A stretch of 47,332 bases of DNA from Barthelona sp. PAP020 (lineage: Eukaryota), in the NCBI GenBank assembly GCA_040182905.1, contig JARQWU010000054.1:1-47332 (forward strand). The letters run 5' to 3'. Position numbers and translations under genes: made by a program. Shown here piece by piece: positions 33,701 to 42,521 of this stretch; within the stretch, counting starts at the first letter, position 1; every line of letters starts with the position of its first letter. The notes below the pieces were generated by a model, which ran no database searches, was not told the DNA's origin, and saw nothing but the letters and a program-made list of their open reading frames with translations.

Positions 33701-36700
33701 TTTCAACAGTAGGTTTGGGAATGAGATTAAACCATCAAGACTTACAATCAATGATTGCAGATTGCAATGAAGTTATGAAAAAATATGCACCAAAAGTTTT
33801 GGAAAGAATTCCAACCAAAGACATGCTATTTTTGTGGGAACATTTGCCAAAACCTTATGATTCTAAAGGGGAATGGTATCATTATACAAAAGTTGAGCCT
33901 GGTGAAATCTTACAAGATATGATTATGAATAATATCGAAGATTTCCAATGTCTTTTAGTAAATAACAACAATATTACTTTCAACTCATTCATTCAGAACA
34001 ACAAAATGGCAGGCTATAATGTAATTCCTGTAAAGATTATCCTTCATAGTTCAATTACAATTGATTTGGTCATTAGCATGGTCAAATCAAGTTTAATTCA
34101 ATACGATCTATTTACTTATGGACCATGTATACCACAATCTAAAGTGTTACTGTGGTTTTGTCATTTTGAGTTGGCATCAGATGTTATGATGGATCTAGTT
34201 CTAAGAATTAGACAAAATCAACCCATTTTATTAAATAATGGTGAAATTATTCAGTTCAGTGATGTGTATGTTGTATGTAGTGGAGAATATGAAATAACCC
34301 AAGAAAGCCCTCCCATTCTAACATTTGATATTCATACTCTAACAATGAACAATTTTTGTTTTTTAGACTATTGGAAAGGTTTTGAAACATTTGATCAGTT
34401 ATATGATATTATAAGAAAAAATTGGAAAACAATAGTTGAAGAAAACATCATAAAAATCTTAATTAGTTGTATTCACAGTGTATTTAAAAAATTGGAAAAT
34501 TCTTTGGTACAAACTGTTGATTCTCCATTTAAATTATTCTCAAACAATGATCGAGAAATGATTGTGCAAATTATTGGAGAAAATGTACCCAATTCACATT
34601 GCGATATGAAAGATATACACGATTTTGTAATTTTCACGATTTTTTCATTTTTCAATTTAAAATTGATTGATGAAACTGCTAAAAAGATTCTAGTTGAAAC
34701 ATTGACAAATGCTAGCAAAACATATTTCGGTTTGATTATTAATAATCTGAAATTAACACCACAGATCATTAAACAAAATATTTTCATCCATGAAGATTTC
34801 GTTGAATATATGGCCAATGTGGATAATAAAAGAATTGATCGAAAAAAATCTTCGATATATCTTCATAAACGAATGGGTTGTTATGCTAAAGTACAAGATT
34901 TTTCCACTTTTAAAAGAAGAGTATTCAAAATTTTATATCAAATAATTGGAGAAGACTTCTATTTGAGTCATTCTTTCTTGCATCAAATCTTAGTGTTTTC
35001 AATGTTTTTCACTATTGATTCTCCATTATTTGTCTTTGAAACTATCAATGAAATCATTTCAAATAATAATTATCAAATAATGCTGAAATTTTTCAAAACA
35101 ATTTTTAAAAGTTTTAGAGTTAAAACTTTTCAATTAAATCCAAAACATACACTCTTTGATGTCTTTAAACAATTAAACAATTTTAATGAATTTTTTGTTC
35201 TTGAAATTTCCAGAGATACTTTTGTTGAATTATTAAATAAAAATGGCGTTCAATCGTTTAATATGACAACGTTATTTCAACTCATTAAAATTACTTATAA
35301 AGATAAATTTTCTTGTGAATCTATGATGGATATTTTCAATAAATTTGACATAAAGATAGATGAAGAGTTATTATTAAAATCTTCAGATATGCAAAAAGAG
35401 TATTCTCAAATCTTAACAAAAATTATCAAAAAGAAAGTAAAAATTGTTATTTTTGCTGATTTTAATTTCATCTGTGATCCTGTGAAATTTGTAGATGTTG
35501 CTTCTTTATTATCATCAGGAATTCGTGTCAGAAAATCAGCAGACAATGAAAAAAATGCTATTAATTTCATTTCAGATTGTATGTTGATCTATCATCATAA
35601 AATTAAAAACGCAATTAAAGAGGATAAAAAACTTTCAAAACTTTCAACATTTTCCAAATTTACTAAATTTTCTTCCAAAGATCAATTAACTCAAACACAT
35701 ATCATTAACAATTTATTATCTCCTTTGGAAAGAGATTTAATCTGTTTTCATTTGGGAATTTCTTGGTTTGAATTAACCAAATACTTATATAAAGTAATGG
35801 ATTATCATTCAGAGAAAATTGATGGTTTTGGAGAATCTTTTTTAAATGTAACTGAAAATGTTTATTCTCAGTTCATTTTTAATGAAAATAAAGGAAAACT
35901 TTACGTTGAAGAATTTTATCGGTTCTTGATTGATAGCACCGTTATTGAAATGGATCATGTGAAAGAAATTGAAACATGTGTTCAGTTTATTCAAAAAGTT
36001 GACAAAAAAGTTGGAAATCTTCGAAGTTCCATTGTACAAGCTGAAAAATTGTATAATCAATCTATTGACGACAGTAAAGACGCTATAAATCAATTGGGTA
36101 TTGAACAACATAAATGCACAGAATTAGCGGAACAATTGAAAGAATATAGTGCTGAATTTGACAAATATAATGAAGAGCATGATAATGCCGTTCAAGAATT
36201 AATAACAGCACAAGATACTTTAAACAGTGTTATTAAGCGTGAAAAGGAAATGATGCAAATGATTTTGAATCTCGCAGATAATCCAAACGGCACTGATATC
36301 GTTGAATTAAGATGTTGGAATCGTCCTGTACCACCATTGATTTGGGTTTTAGAAGCTTGGTTTGTTTTAACCAGTAATAATCCAAAAATTAAGGATGGTA
36401 CTTCACTTTTGCGTTCTTTTAAAGCAAGCGTAACAAATTTGTCTATTTTGAATAGTTTAGTACAACAAGTCTCATATAATTTATTGACAGAAAATTGTGT
36501 TAGTGTAGTTCGAGCAAGATTAGTGCAAATTTCTCAAGTTGCATTGGATAATGAAGTGTTAGATTTGCTTGTGAATTGGATGACATTGGTTGTTGAGGAA
36601 TGGCAACATTCAAGACCAATAAAAGATTTGCAAATTCAAGAATCTTCTTTAAAATCTCAAGTGGATATTATAAAGACAAGAGTATTACAAGCTGAACAGA

Positions 36701-39700
36701 GATTAAAAGATGGAAACAAAAAAATCGATGTTTTGAAACAACAATTGTATGATTGTAGCATTAATAAGTTTACTGCTAAAGTCAAAATGCAAGAAAATGA
36801 AGAACAAATGAACGTTTTCGAAATGTTTTCTGAAGTTATTTTGAAATTTAGTGAAACTTGGTATGATGAATTGTCTTTATTTCAAAACGGTAACAAATTT
36901 CAAAATACTTTATGCATTAAAGGAACTAACAACAAAAATCTGGATAGTCCTTTAGAAAGCTTTGAAATTCCAAATATGAGTTTTGAAATTGATGAAAATA
37001 ACTTGAAAAATTTGAAAAATTTAAAAGACATGAAAAAATCAGACTTTATTTTATCTCCATTGGCTTCAGCTTCATTACTATCATATTTGATCAATTTACA
37101 ATGTCAAGTTGCACCAACATTTTCAGAAAAACCTTGTTTAATGTTTGTTTTAGAAGATCTAGCAAAGAGAAGACTTTTACCTGAATATTATCTTGAACAT
37201 CCAAAAAAATTGGTTATTCCATTGATTAAAAGATTTGAAAATATTACAGATGTTCAATTTCAAATTGAAGAAGGGTCTTTACCTTCAATGGAGGAATTAG
37301 TTTTCATTTTTAGGGAAGATTTTGAAAGAAAATCTATTGCATCAAAAAGCATTAGAAGTCAATCAGAAGCTGGTAAGTCATCTGGTGATAGGTGTAAAAA
37401 TGAACTCATCAGTGAGGATAATTCAGAAATTGATGAAATCTCTGAAGATATGTTTTCCGAAATTGATTCAGATAGCAGCAGTGACAATCAAACTACTAAT
37501 GATGAAAATGAAAGTGATGAAGACAGTGAAAAGGATTCAGAATCTAACTATTCTGATGATGTTGGATCCGAATATATGGCTGATTCTGATGAAGAATCAG
37601 ATAACGTCATTGTTGTCAACAATTCCGAAACAAAAAAAAATTCTGTCGAAATTGATAAAAATAATGTTGGCTATGGACAAGATAGAGTTCAATTCTCAAA
37701 AAGAATGTTTGACGAATCTTCATTTGTTGAAAGTACCATGGGAGATTGTCAGTTATTTGAATTGGACTCATGTTATCATGATCTAGCTGGACTATCATAT
37801 AAATACAGAAAAATCTCTTTGGTTGAGGCGTCTTTGGATGGTTTTGATAAATTTATCCCAGTTACCCTAATGAATTATTCAGCAATGATGGTTCATGATA
37901 ATTTCAATATATTAGCCCCTATTTTGGAAATGTTCAATCTCCCATTGCATCAACTTTCATACTCTGAACCAAATTTTGAGAAAAAGTTATTAAAATTGTC
38001 TAAACAGGCTTGTATTGTTATAGTTACCGATCTAAGCAAAGATGATGCTCAACCTTTCCTTATCTATCAAATGATGGAGGCTTTTTATGGAACAAATGAA
38101 TTAACTCACAAAAAACACAATGATTTCCGTTTCTATATCATTGCAGATTCAACAGCCATTGATAGACTTTTCATCAATCACAATCTGATCTACAACATTC
38201 CCTTTTTAGATCTTAATTTAAGAAGAGAAAGTTTTGAAAATTTAATAATGTTTGAAACTTATAAAAACGATCAACCAAAAATGATCGAGTATTATATCAA
38301 ATTATGTCAAGCAGAAGCTTATTTGTTGGAAATGTCAACTGCTTATGAAGAAAAAGTTTTGGAAAGTGTAGTTCGATTGTCAAGCATTGATAGTATTCCT
38401 GAGGAAACAATTAGTGAACTAAACAATTTGAATAATTTGATTGATGAAAATCACATGCTGTTGGAAAAATGTAAACGTAGTTGTAGTATTATAAAGAAAC
38501 TTGTCAATATGAGTACGCCTTTGGTACAATTGTGTGCTGGAATAACTTTGACTTTTTCAACTTTTTCTCAGATTAACAATTTGTATTTCCTGATGCCCAA
38601 TTTAACAACTATCAAAAATGCTTATCTTCGATTAACAAGAAAAATAGTGGGAAATGTAAATGAAGAATTACAATCCTTAAGCTATGCTGAACAAGCCAAG
38701 CATCCTTTAGGGATTAAATTCTTGAATGATTTTTTGACGATACAATTACCCAAACTCGGTGATTATCGCAGAAGACATCCTTTTGCCATATTGTTAGGAT
38801 ATTTCCTTGATGAAATAAAGTTGAATCAAATTCTTGCCTTGGATGAATTACTTAAAGATAAAATTTTGAATTTAGAGGACTTATTACCTTTCTTATCGAA
38901 TGAAACAGTCAATACAATCAATAGTGTTTTACAAAACACATCTGATAATCTTCATGAATGGCTAAAAGATCCCGAAGGTTATATGAAACCTTTGCCTGGT
39001 GGGGAGAATATTTGTGAATTCGAGCAATTATTGATTTTTTGCTGTATCAATCCAAACTGTTGTAGTAATGCAATAGAATCATATATTTGTGATGTTTTAG
39101 AATGGAAAAGTCTATCAACTTCACCTATTTCACATCATTTCTTTTATCCAATGAGATCTGATGGTGTTTTTGAAAGAGAAGATTTTATTTACAGAAATAG
39201 TGGTAATTCATGTATAGCTATGCCATATCACTTTAAAAACACAATAAATGAAGAAACTTCAATATTTTTGGATACATCAATACCAATATCGGAATTAAAA
39301 ATACCAAAAAATTCAAACACTTTAGTAATAGAAAATGTTGAACAACATATCAAATTTGCATTTTATGTATTAAATCATAAAGCTGGATTTCAACGACTTA
39401 TTTTATTATCTTCATCAAATAATGTTGAAAATATTCCAGCAGCATTGTATCGTCATACTATAGCTGAAATGAATGTATTACAATTTGAATTGCCATGTAA
39501 TAACTATGCTTTTATCACTGCATTTAAAACAACTTTTTATAATTCATTTTATGTGGCTATTAGTGATATTCCTGTTGTTACTCCAGCAAAACCATTGATA
39601 TTAGCTTTATTTTTTTATACTACAATTAAATTTGTCAATAGTTTTATAACCTATCAAGAAATCAATCCCATTATCATTGGTCATATTATCAATATATTGA

Positions 39701-40962
39701 TTGATTGTTGGTCTAATGATAGATTATCAATTTTCAATGATTTAATTTTTGATTTGGTTTTTTGTGAATTTTCAAATGATGATCGATTGAAAGAGATGTT
39801 ACCAGAGATAGCAAAACAAATATTATATGCTGAAACAAACCTATTCAATCAATCATATCTCTTATCAATTCCAAATGAAGATTTAATCATACAAGATTTA
39901 AGAGTATGGTTAAAAAATAATGATGAACAAATTAATTTATCGATTGAGTTCATTCAAAAGACCTTTATCAATTTAAATTTAAATAACACCCAAACAAAAA
40001 CATATAATTTTAGATTTTATTCTTTATTTAGATTATTAACAAGATTCAGTCACAATAATATGGTTTCTCTTGCAAAATTAAAAATTACTCAAATTGTTGA
40101 AGAATATTATGATAAAGTCAATTTTTCAATTAAACAACAAAATTGTGTATTAAAACATGATCAAAGTTTAATTGCAGGTTATTTTAATACAGAAATTATG
40201 AAAAATCTTGCTATACAAAAATTGATTCATGATGATATATTAAAATTAAAAAAATCTTTGAATGCTTCTATTTCACCATATTATTTTCCTGCTTTTTTCC
40301 TAAATCTTTTGTTGTCCAGTAATATGTCTCCATTTTGCTGGAGCCGGTTGATTGATTCACACAATTGGTTAACTAATACTCCAAACATTTATGATGAAAC
40401 AATCACTTCAAAAATGTCAAATTTGGATAATTTTGCTCAAACACCTTCAATTGTTGAAATGAGAACTTTATTTTTCAATAAAATGATTCAAACTTTAAAT
40501 AATGAAACAAAACATTCTGTTTTATTGAAATATTTGAAAAACATTACTATTAATTACAATATTTTCATAGATACATTTGGTTCTTTCCTTGTTTCTTTGC
40601 AAATATCTGCCATGAACACATTCAGAGTCCATTATCCTCAAGAAATTCATTTAATTTTGGTTCCAATGAAGTTTATTCCACCAAAAAATACAAATCTAAT
40701 TACCAATTTGGAAGGGGTAATTCTGACAAATTCAAACCTTGTTAATTCTCCCAACAATAATGAATTGGGTTTAATCTCTTTTAATTCTGAGAGTCTTATC
40801 CATATGGATTTTCAATTGAGAGTTTGTACAACAGACATTTTGGAAAGTTTCCATTCTGTCAAATGTATTACGACAATGACTCATTTACAGTTAAGATTAA
40901 CTGGTTTCAATGTAGAATGTCCCTTCGAATTGGAAAATTTTGTTGTTGTAAAACATACTTGA
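24778..40962 (+). CDS. Extremely divergent dynein heavy chain-like protein (5394 aa) lacking recognisable P-loops
   Basis: Dynein landmarks appear in the correct order: tail ('KLLLQHEIDEIDENFKRIATTLKLGSTGLSEF', 'VWIEFVNFLNNYLID'), AAA3-like 'LHSSITIDLVISMVKSSL..TYGP..KVLLWF', coiled-coil stalk with MTBD-like 'DIVELRCWNRPVPPLIWVLEAWFVL', AAA5-like 'NFEKKLLK..IVIVTDL..HNDFRFYII..RESFENLIM..KNDQPKM', and 'KPLPG..EFEQLLIFCCINP'. Confidence 0.82.
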   Translation: MDDIDDQNILLNVCKDIFKLYQEIFAKCEKKFLSTILKFLSCNEESKFFVYIFDNEIIPLYKLSGDFEEGIFILKTSAFLKTKSINDLIISKIPSVYHTLGQGLVIPTFVTTLLTAEQVKQIFLTFSSAEISIKESIFHLSACIVNPTDVSIRQFFQLLTEMIKLPDCNDTFEEVHELIRRKILLLTQVLIIFHTQQSVFESFSVNNNDLALMYVNQHLHIKELLRTYSKIDVLLNRIYSDCFINKTDDMVENIISKLKAVLLLKKIVEHFVDIFHQKIFVLLKSVLNNICDFCSDIIVKDLNIILSAYNHVGKFDIAQFLFKNVNFCLKKVKIFVKYFSHFRRINVEGSHVSKPLIKFSTILRERFQKLCDRFIDLEEFCEVLLCLSSFSTISFTIFSCISTESDDLSGTLTEHKNPVAFINNQMLVLRIKTASLTKCLISFLVNQKVGLIDIPLKIWCENFTSYFSKNNENLEKLCEYINVAFRYDITILKKLEFLEILFELTRNLTSSKLIILRKTIFGVAASCLLTLLSITEMFSKIFFPCFHKIVDRCGEYFESCPQMTFENDDFTNFLVKSFDLMGSPFSNLLNVMLRFRNILMQYMNLTKRLHEHLEIMERLHQKFKIEDRYDVENLFISDDSRLFTVEMLQNLKQWTLKCFDFDFKSTLNATTNSLTFCHEEFTKLIQQALQICESYYQKNFDDLENYLSLSLLSVNEPLNYSIPIDVSMVSLIKEIMSTFESLRLFPNAAIFKFLELNNDEKVFKTEDFKRVLLNSNVISSLVNQFSILLKEIQPSVKLLLQHEIDEIDENFKRIATTLKLGSTGLSEFEVLLSALLIQFENHVIVFRSIFDNIDSMIESFPTFFDFEIPSTYISIVNTVNTKSIILQDVLRSFSSKIAFSLQEAFEVLNLSQGDPVWIEFVNFLNNYLIDRVRKCYFSQCQDFIQLIASKTILKCDIILQGTRIMSNPSVSLSLTENGIKDVLAVDKSKENSNSRSSSRISSSSSSHGIKSSFNSLYSSSNDKKTIVTRLNLVTNSMFLNSHTIYESQMEFIDVFTYVFYTYMASFNELILLSPESTVSLAADGEALQYENQTHTTIIEEKRKETTAEVGEFVESATSKIFECADNDSFASTLNKLISRANFSLKEFIMTLTEKFSPLITLDYMNQCYLVNNTPYDVINPDSQQDLQLSFLNLEIGMARCNTIEESGKLINSTLKMLNELNKTVQIEFITINVEPLIKSLQIQVKSAINAISLAYENIDIHIIENYRNFFKKIIQGIRSNLIENQLECVISFMGTNDDTAFRIPASRDYSIHIMSIPCFNHKLDYVIKTLNVVEQEYFVVLKEVKELLSNPQFIDEIQRMFKDSICDADVKAKKLHQKCINMFSDFDIIFETANEFHWAEDHLIKIGNLQNELADIRQILKQINFYYDPIGLKVIEMNEIDHIQQILNNWGEICSIITTEYSLISKSLFLGVDLIKFIQTLSKLEERFKKVSDKIQKDYPRTFEFFHVLKNNFELFQKFQKSPPTSILWERIFSVEDPFTLTFEMIRSVISSEEDLVKISSFLKQWTIIEDLDIKFTFLTFKHKSSDISLKNSTPLLKEMNRRFEKKIEEMNKDKKNQLLKVNNRNEQAKRKQLQIYIRDASIILRQLEKREKLKAREQLSLRNSIQKTALKNSKKKEFNRLQAAICLQAGFRSWLLRKELKEKKNGDLAQLVKHTAQKKKINEKINVIQRFWKGYQARESINTIKKKKKDSISEQQCKISSLNDSDVIEMDKNSTIDSAISSKSVNFAQEFIPKISLFSFTEFSLISNELMPQVIESVLNNDLLFNNRLEMLKGTFCQIPFISDLLKYFEEFKMLLKNSSSYNIESLQANIMKLSNVFDICLLICYLQMHIESFIVTMSSITVNFDKKQEKKLSKIIDLIFEIESYFKSSIRDIPMKNLVSSQYKSTLHDYFLKFIDISAELAQETIQLSISLSPTFTLCSKTQFFIIHVLFYGIGNNTIDLETLNSSYDTTLPFVSFFNGVFPSLTFFCIQNGTIINVGHHLVVPYDQQTVSLNEFLFLDELDEFSSNTEHTDHSSNATRTTGTSSDIFSQRSKLSSNMTQMMRSCETMPLADPIFLGSLDSPATILNNILVSYVKAYKEIHNAIHQMINEFLESRNVDVLLTQLFQGILGNSIYALRTIMSRADTILEEKTMVSLCYNFYIRFKGGFEANKHHETNQLFLKKLNAELMAYYVKYKSIEFDEYMMRNSENKMMINEKDIMNEKKQTTELFEIDEAQEQKNNISLMIEDFYKNYDDFIKKDKIYEIYEIRKDLETYFPTYPLCYDFEESCITVASNVGYLPFKRFTFGIAPIDTCNTNLDLQTFNALKRFLSLTYFKTGKLLLVGEFFSQIDNILNHCARSLGHDVIDNKGITILTTFFEAGNHFNINKFRQFVENGIIAARSLNYVLILRDVHILPKKAKIILADICKAKDIIILLTSTCEVPELKTCCEVFYANNEDSMKPSYLINKMLNAFIHNAFPYPLIATEYLFKAFTTAKNVGRNLSVEPFAFETMINFVAKWVTILFEKLQNSKFIKKQKEILHNEKVNLNDLIKQICVFVTFSSLRFDKNTHSLSHLVDYDVEKEKGLLGFFFNELHPKFLQLQSIYEGNYLNYLTFVPFDLDFSKWPVEDHMSIKDMLITLENFDAICFKRSYVEDEEFITNLVPVYQSVLLKNHGGNQVLLHLVVSTCQCENFEIIIQNINKEINQQIKDKILNKKFTDVVNIYVLLIFTERLTTAGHFVLRYLPGIISKIFAIQSAIISKRIGHPFLFRIKTVFKYDSRLSHSGMFLDGYLKQSYNASSNTFSYLNPRNDIVEHRFSNDCAKVLIPPAEVWKNDGLGDFKILPVFISSETFRNNSLIFYEKFKHLISWKEMTFIAHYLSLTKIKRRHNQIQGYEPFNLGMSCVNTAGAIISCTFYERYKNYDPTVIFVFACLSTVGLGMRLNHQDLQSMIADCNEVMKKYAPKVLERIPTKDMLFLWEHLPKPYDSKGEWYHYTKVEPGEILQDMIMNNIEDFQCLLVNNNNITFNSFIQNNKMAGYNVIPVKIILHSSITIDLVISMVKSSLIQYDLFTYGPCIPQSKVLLWFCHFELASDVMMDLVLRIRQNQPILLNNGEIIQFSDVYVVCSGEYEITQESPPILTFDIHTLTMNNFCFLDYWKGFETFDQLYDIIRKNWKTIVEENIIKILISCIHSVFKKLENSLVQTVDSPFKLFSNNDREMIVQIIGENVPNSHCDMKDIHDFVIFTIFSFFNLKLIDETAKKILVETLTNASKTYFGLIINNLKLTPQIIKQNIFIHEDFVEYMANVDNKRIDRKKSSIYLHKRMGCYAKVQDFSTFKRRVFKILYQIIGEDFYLSHSFLHQILVFSMFFTIDSPLFVFETINEIISNNNYQIMLKFFKTIFKSFRVKTFQLNPKHTLFDVFKQLNNFNEFFVLEISRDTFVELLNKNGVQSFNMTTLFQLIKITYKDKFSCESMMDIFNKFDIKIDEELLLKSSDMQKEYSQILTKIIKKKVKIVIFADFNFICDPVKFVDVASLLSSGIRVRKSADNEKNAINFISDCMLIYHHKIKNAIKEDKKLSKLSTFSKFTKFSSKDQLTQTHIINNLLSPLERDLICFHLGISWFELTKYLYKVMDYHSEKIDGFGESFLNVTENVYSQFIFNENKGKLYVEEFYRFLIDSTVIEMDHVKEIETCVQFIQKVDKKVGNLRSSIVQAEKLYNQSIDDSKDAINQLGIEQHKCTELAEQLKEYSAEFDKYNEEHDNAVQELITAQDTLNSVIKREKEMMQMILNLADNPNGTDIVELRCWNRPVPPLIWVLEAWFVLTSNNPKIKDGTSLLRSFKASVTNLSILNSLVQQVSYNLLTENCVSVVRARLVQISQVALDNEVLDLLVNWMTLVVEEWQHSRPIKDLQIQESSLKSQVDIIKTRVLQAEQRLKDGNKKIDVLKQQLYDCSINKFTAKVKMQENEEQMNVFEMFSEVILKFSETWYDELSLFQNGNKFQNTLCIKGTNNKNLDSPLESFEIPNMSFEIDENNLKNLKNLKDMKKSDFILSPLASASLLSYLINLQCQVAPTFSEKPCLMFVLEDLAKRRLLPEYYLEHPKKLVIPLIKRFENITDVQFQIEEGSLPSMEELVFIFREDFERKSIASKSIRSQSEAGKSSGDRCKNELISEDNSEIDEISEDMFSEIDSDSSSDNQTTNDENESDEDSEKDSESNYSDDVGSEYMADSDEESDNVIVVNNSETKKNSVEIDKNNVGYGQDRVQFSKRMFDESSFVESTMGDCQLFELDSCYHDLAGLSYKYRKISLVEASLDGFDKFIPVTLMNYSAMMVHDNFNILAPILEMFNLPLHQLSYSEPNFEKKLLKLSKQACIVIVTDLSKDDAQPFLIYQMMEAFYGTNELTHKKHNDFRFYIIADSTAIDRLFINHNLIYNIPFLDLNLRRESFENLIMFETYKNDQPKMIEYYIKLCQAEAYLLEMSTAYEEKVLESVVRLSSIDSIPEETISELNNLNNLIDENHMLLEKCKRSCSIIKKLVNMSTPLVQLCAGITLTFSTFSQINNLYFLMPNLTTIKNAYLRLTRKIVGNVNEELQSLSYAEQAKHPLGIKFLNDFLTIQLPKLGDYRRRHPFAILLGYFLDEIKLNQILALDELLKDKILNLEDLLPFLSNETVNTINSVLQNTSDNLHEWLKDPEGYMKPLPGGENICEFEQLLIFCCINPNCCSNAIESYICDVLEWKSLSTSPISHHFFYPMRSDGVFEREDFIYRNSGNSCIAMPYHFKNTINEETSIFLDTSIPISELKIPKNSNTLVIENVEQHIKFAFYVLNHKAGFQRLILLSSSNNVENIPAALYRHTIAEMNVLQFELPCNNYAFITAFKTTFYNSFYVAISDIPVVTPAKPLILALFFYTTIKFVNSFITYQEINPIIIGHIINILIDCWSNDRLSIFNDLIFDLVFCEFSNDDRLKEMLPEIAKQILYAETNLFNQSYLLSIPNEDLIIQDLRVWLKNNDEQINLSIEFIQKTFINLNLNNTQTKTYNFRFYSLFRLLTRFSHNNMVSLAKLKITQIVEEYYDKVNFSIKQQNCVLKHDQSLIAGYFNTEIMKNLAIQKLIHDDILKLKKSLNASISPYYFPAFFLNLLLSSNMSPFCWSRLIDSHNWLTNTPNIYDETITSKMSNLDNFAQTPSIVEMRTLFFNKMIQTLNNETKHSVLLKYLKNITINYNIFIDTFGSFLVSLQISAMNTFRVHYPQEIHLILVPMKFIPPKNTNLITNLEGVILTNSNLVNSPNNNELGLISFNSESLIHMDFQLRVCTTDILESFHSVKCITTMTHLQLRLTGFNVECPFELENFVVVKHT

Positions 40963-41357
40963 TCATTCATCTTTCCATTTTAACAATTGATTATTTTAAA
41001 AAAATATTCTATAAATATATAAATTGTTTACCAATTTTTTGTTTAATTATTCTTCAAAATACAAACTATTCAAGAATTAAAAGAATTAAAAAAAACCTTG
41101 ACATGTGAAAATATGATCTTTTATTTGCACATTGATGACAAAATAATAAAAAGAAAAGCATATTATTAATTATTCTCATCAAAAAGATATTCAATCTCAC
41201 TCAAAATTTAAATTTTCTTCATTGTTAAAGTTTAAATTCTTTTATAACCAATCACCTTAAAAAATTGCCTGTCAGAAGTTTTTTTGTTTGAAACAAAAAA
41301 AATCTTTTTTCAAATTGGTTTTTAGGAATTTTTTTTTTTTTTAAAGACAAATTTAAA

Positions 41358-42521
41358 ATGGGTTGTTTGTGCTCAAAGCCTGATGAAAGTATTGATTTAA
41401 CTACAATCCCTTGGAAAAATCCAAATCAAGATTCTCTTGTGGATTCAATTTTTGATATTTTAAAAGTTTCAACTGGTATTGCAGAAATGTTGGCAAATAT
41501 TCTTACTTCACCTTTACCTGAGAATTTGAAAGGAATTCTTCAAGATATTGTTGGTGAACCAGAAGAAATTTCGGCAGTGAAATTTTTGCAGAAAGACAGA
41601 AAAGAATTTTTATACATAGCAAAATTATTAGAACATCAAGAAAATTTGTTCCCTTGTGGTTATCGTTATGATGAGTTTATGGTAAGAATGTTTGGTGAGT
41701 ACAAAATTGTTTTCCCCAAAGATTGTATTCAAATCACCAATAGTTTAACAACAGTTAATAATGAGGAAATGAGTGAATTAAAAATTGAATCCCACACGAG
41801 ATTTTATTCTGATGAAAAAGCTTTAGAAGTTGAAAATCAATTGAGAAATTATGGTTTTAAGGCTTATAAAAAGGGAATTTTAGTGTTGAAAGAAGATTCT
41901 CATTGTGCTGCTGGAATATATTATGATAATTTGACAGGTAAATTCTGTATTCATTTTCGTGATACCGCAGGTGGTCCTCCTTGGGAAGATGGCATTACTA
42001 AGGATAATTGGATCACGAATATTACTCAAGCAGTAGGTATTTTTCCCCAAATGTATGTAGATGCTGATTTCCTTGTTTATCAAATGTGTCAATTGGTTGG
42101 TAAGGAGCATATTAATTTGTGTGGTTATTCACTTAGCGGTGGTTTAGTTACATTTTTATGTTTAAAATATGATATTAAAACCTATGCTGTAAATCCATCT
42201 TCATTATCAAAGTGGACATTTTTGACGCTTCCTGATGATTGGAAAGAAGTTTCCAAAAAACAAATGACACTCATTTCAGCTTCACATGATATTCTCAGTC
42301 AAGTAGCTGAAAATGAAGATAAGGGTATTACACCCACTTTAAAACCAACAAACGCAACTGAAATCATTGTTAACGTCAAGGACATTGATCCTGATAAAGG
42401 TAATTTACCCAAATACTTGGAATGGTTGGGCATAAACGAGACTTCAGTTGAAGAGCATGATATTAAGCGTCTGATTCTTGGTTGGTGGGATATTATGGAT
42501 AATAATATTATAACTAAATAA
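41358..42521 (+). CDS. Alpha/beta-hydrolase lipase, PhlA/YplA phospholipase A1-like, with N-terminal acylation motif
   Basis: 'AAGIYYD..FCIHFRDT..DNWITNITQAVG..QMY..A..INLCGYSLSGGL..YAVNPSSLS..HDILS..EHDI' parallels bacterial PhlA motifs. The N-terminus is MGCLCSK. Confidence 0.78.
   Translation: MGCLCSKPDESIDLTTIPWKNPNQDSLVDSIFDILKVSTGIAEMLANILTSPLPENLKGILQDIVGEPEEISAVKFLQKDRKEFLYIAKLLEHQENLFPCGYRYDEFMVRMFGEYKIVFPKDCIQITNSLTTVNNEEMSELKIESHTRFYSDEKALEVENQLRNYGFKAYKKGILVLKEDSHCAAGIYYDNLTGKFCIHFRDTAGGPPWEDGITKDNWITNITQAVGIFPQMYVDADFLVYQMCQLVGKEHINLCGYSLSGGLVTFLCLKYDIKTYAVNPSSLSKWTFLTLPDDWKEVSKKQMTLISASHDILSQVAENEDKGITPTLKPTNATEIIVNVKDIDPDKGNLPKYLEWLGINETSVEEHDIKRLILGWWDIMDNNIITK

Noticed and set aside
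37355..37385. 'SQSEAGKS' as a P-loop of the dynein-like protein
   Set aside because: It does not fit [AG]xxxxGK[ST], lacks a preceding hydrophobic strand, and lies in the acidic disordered insert.
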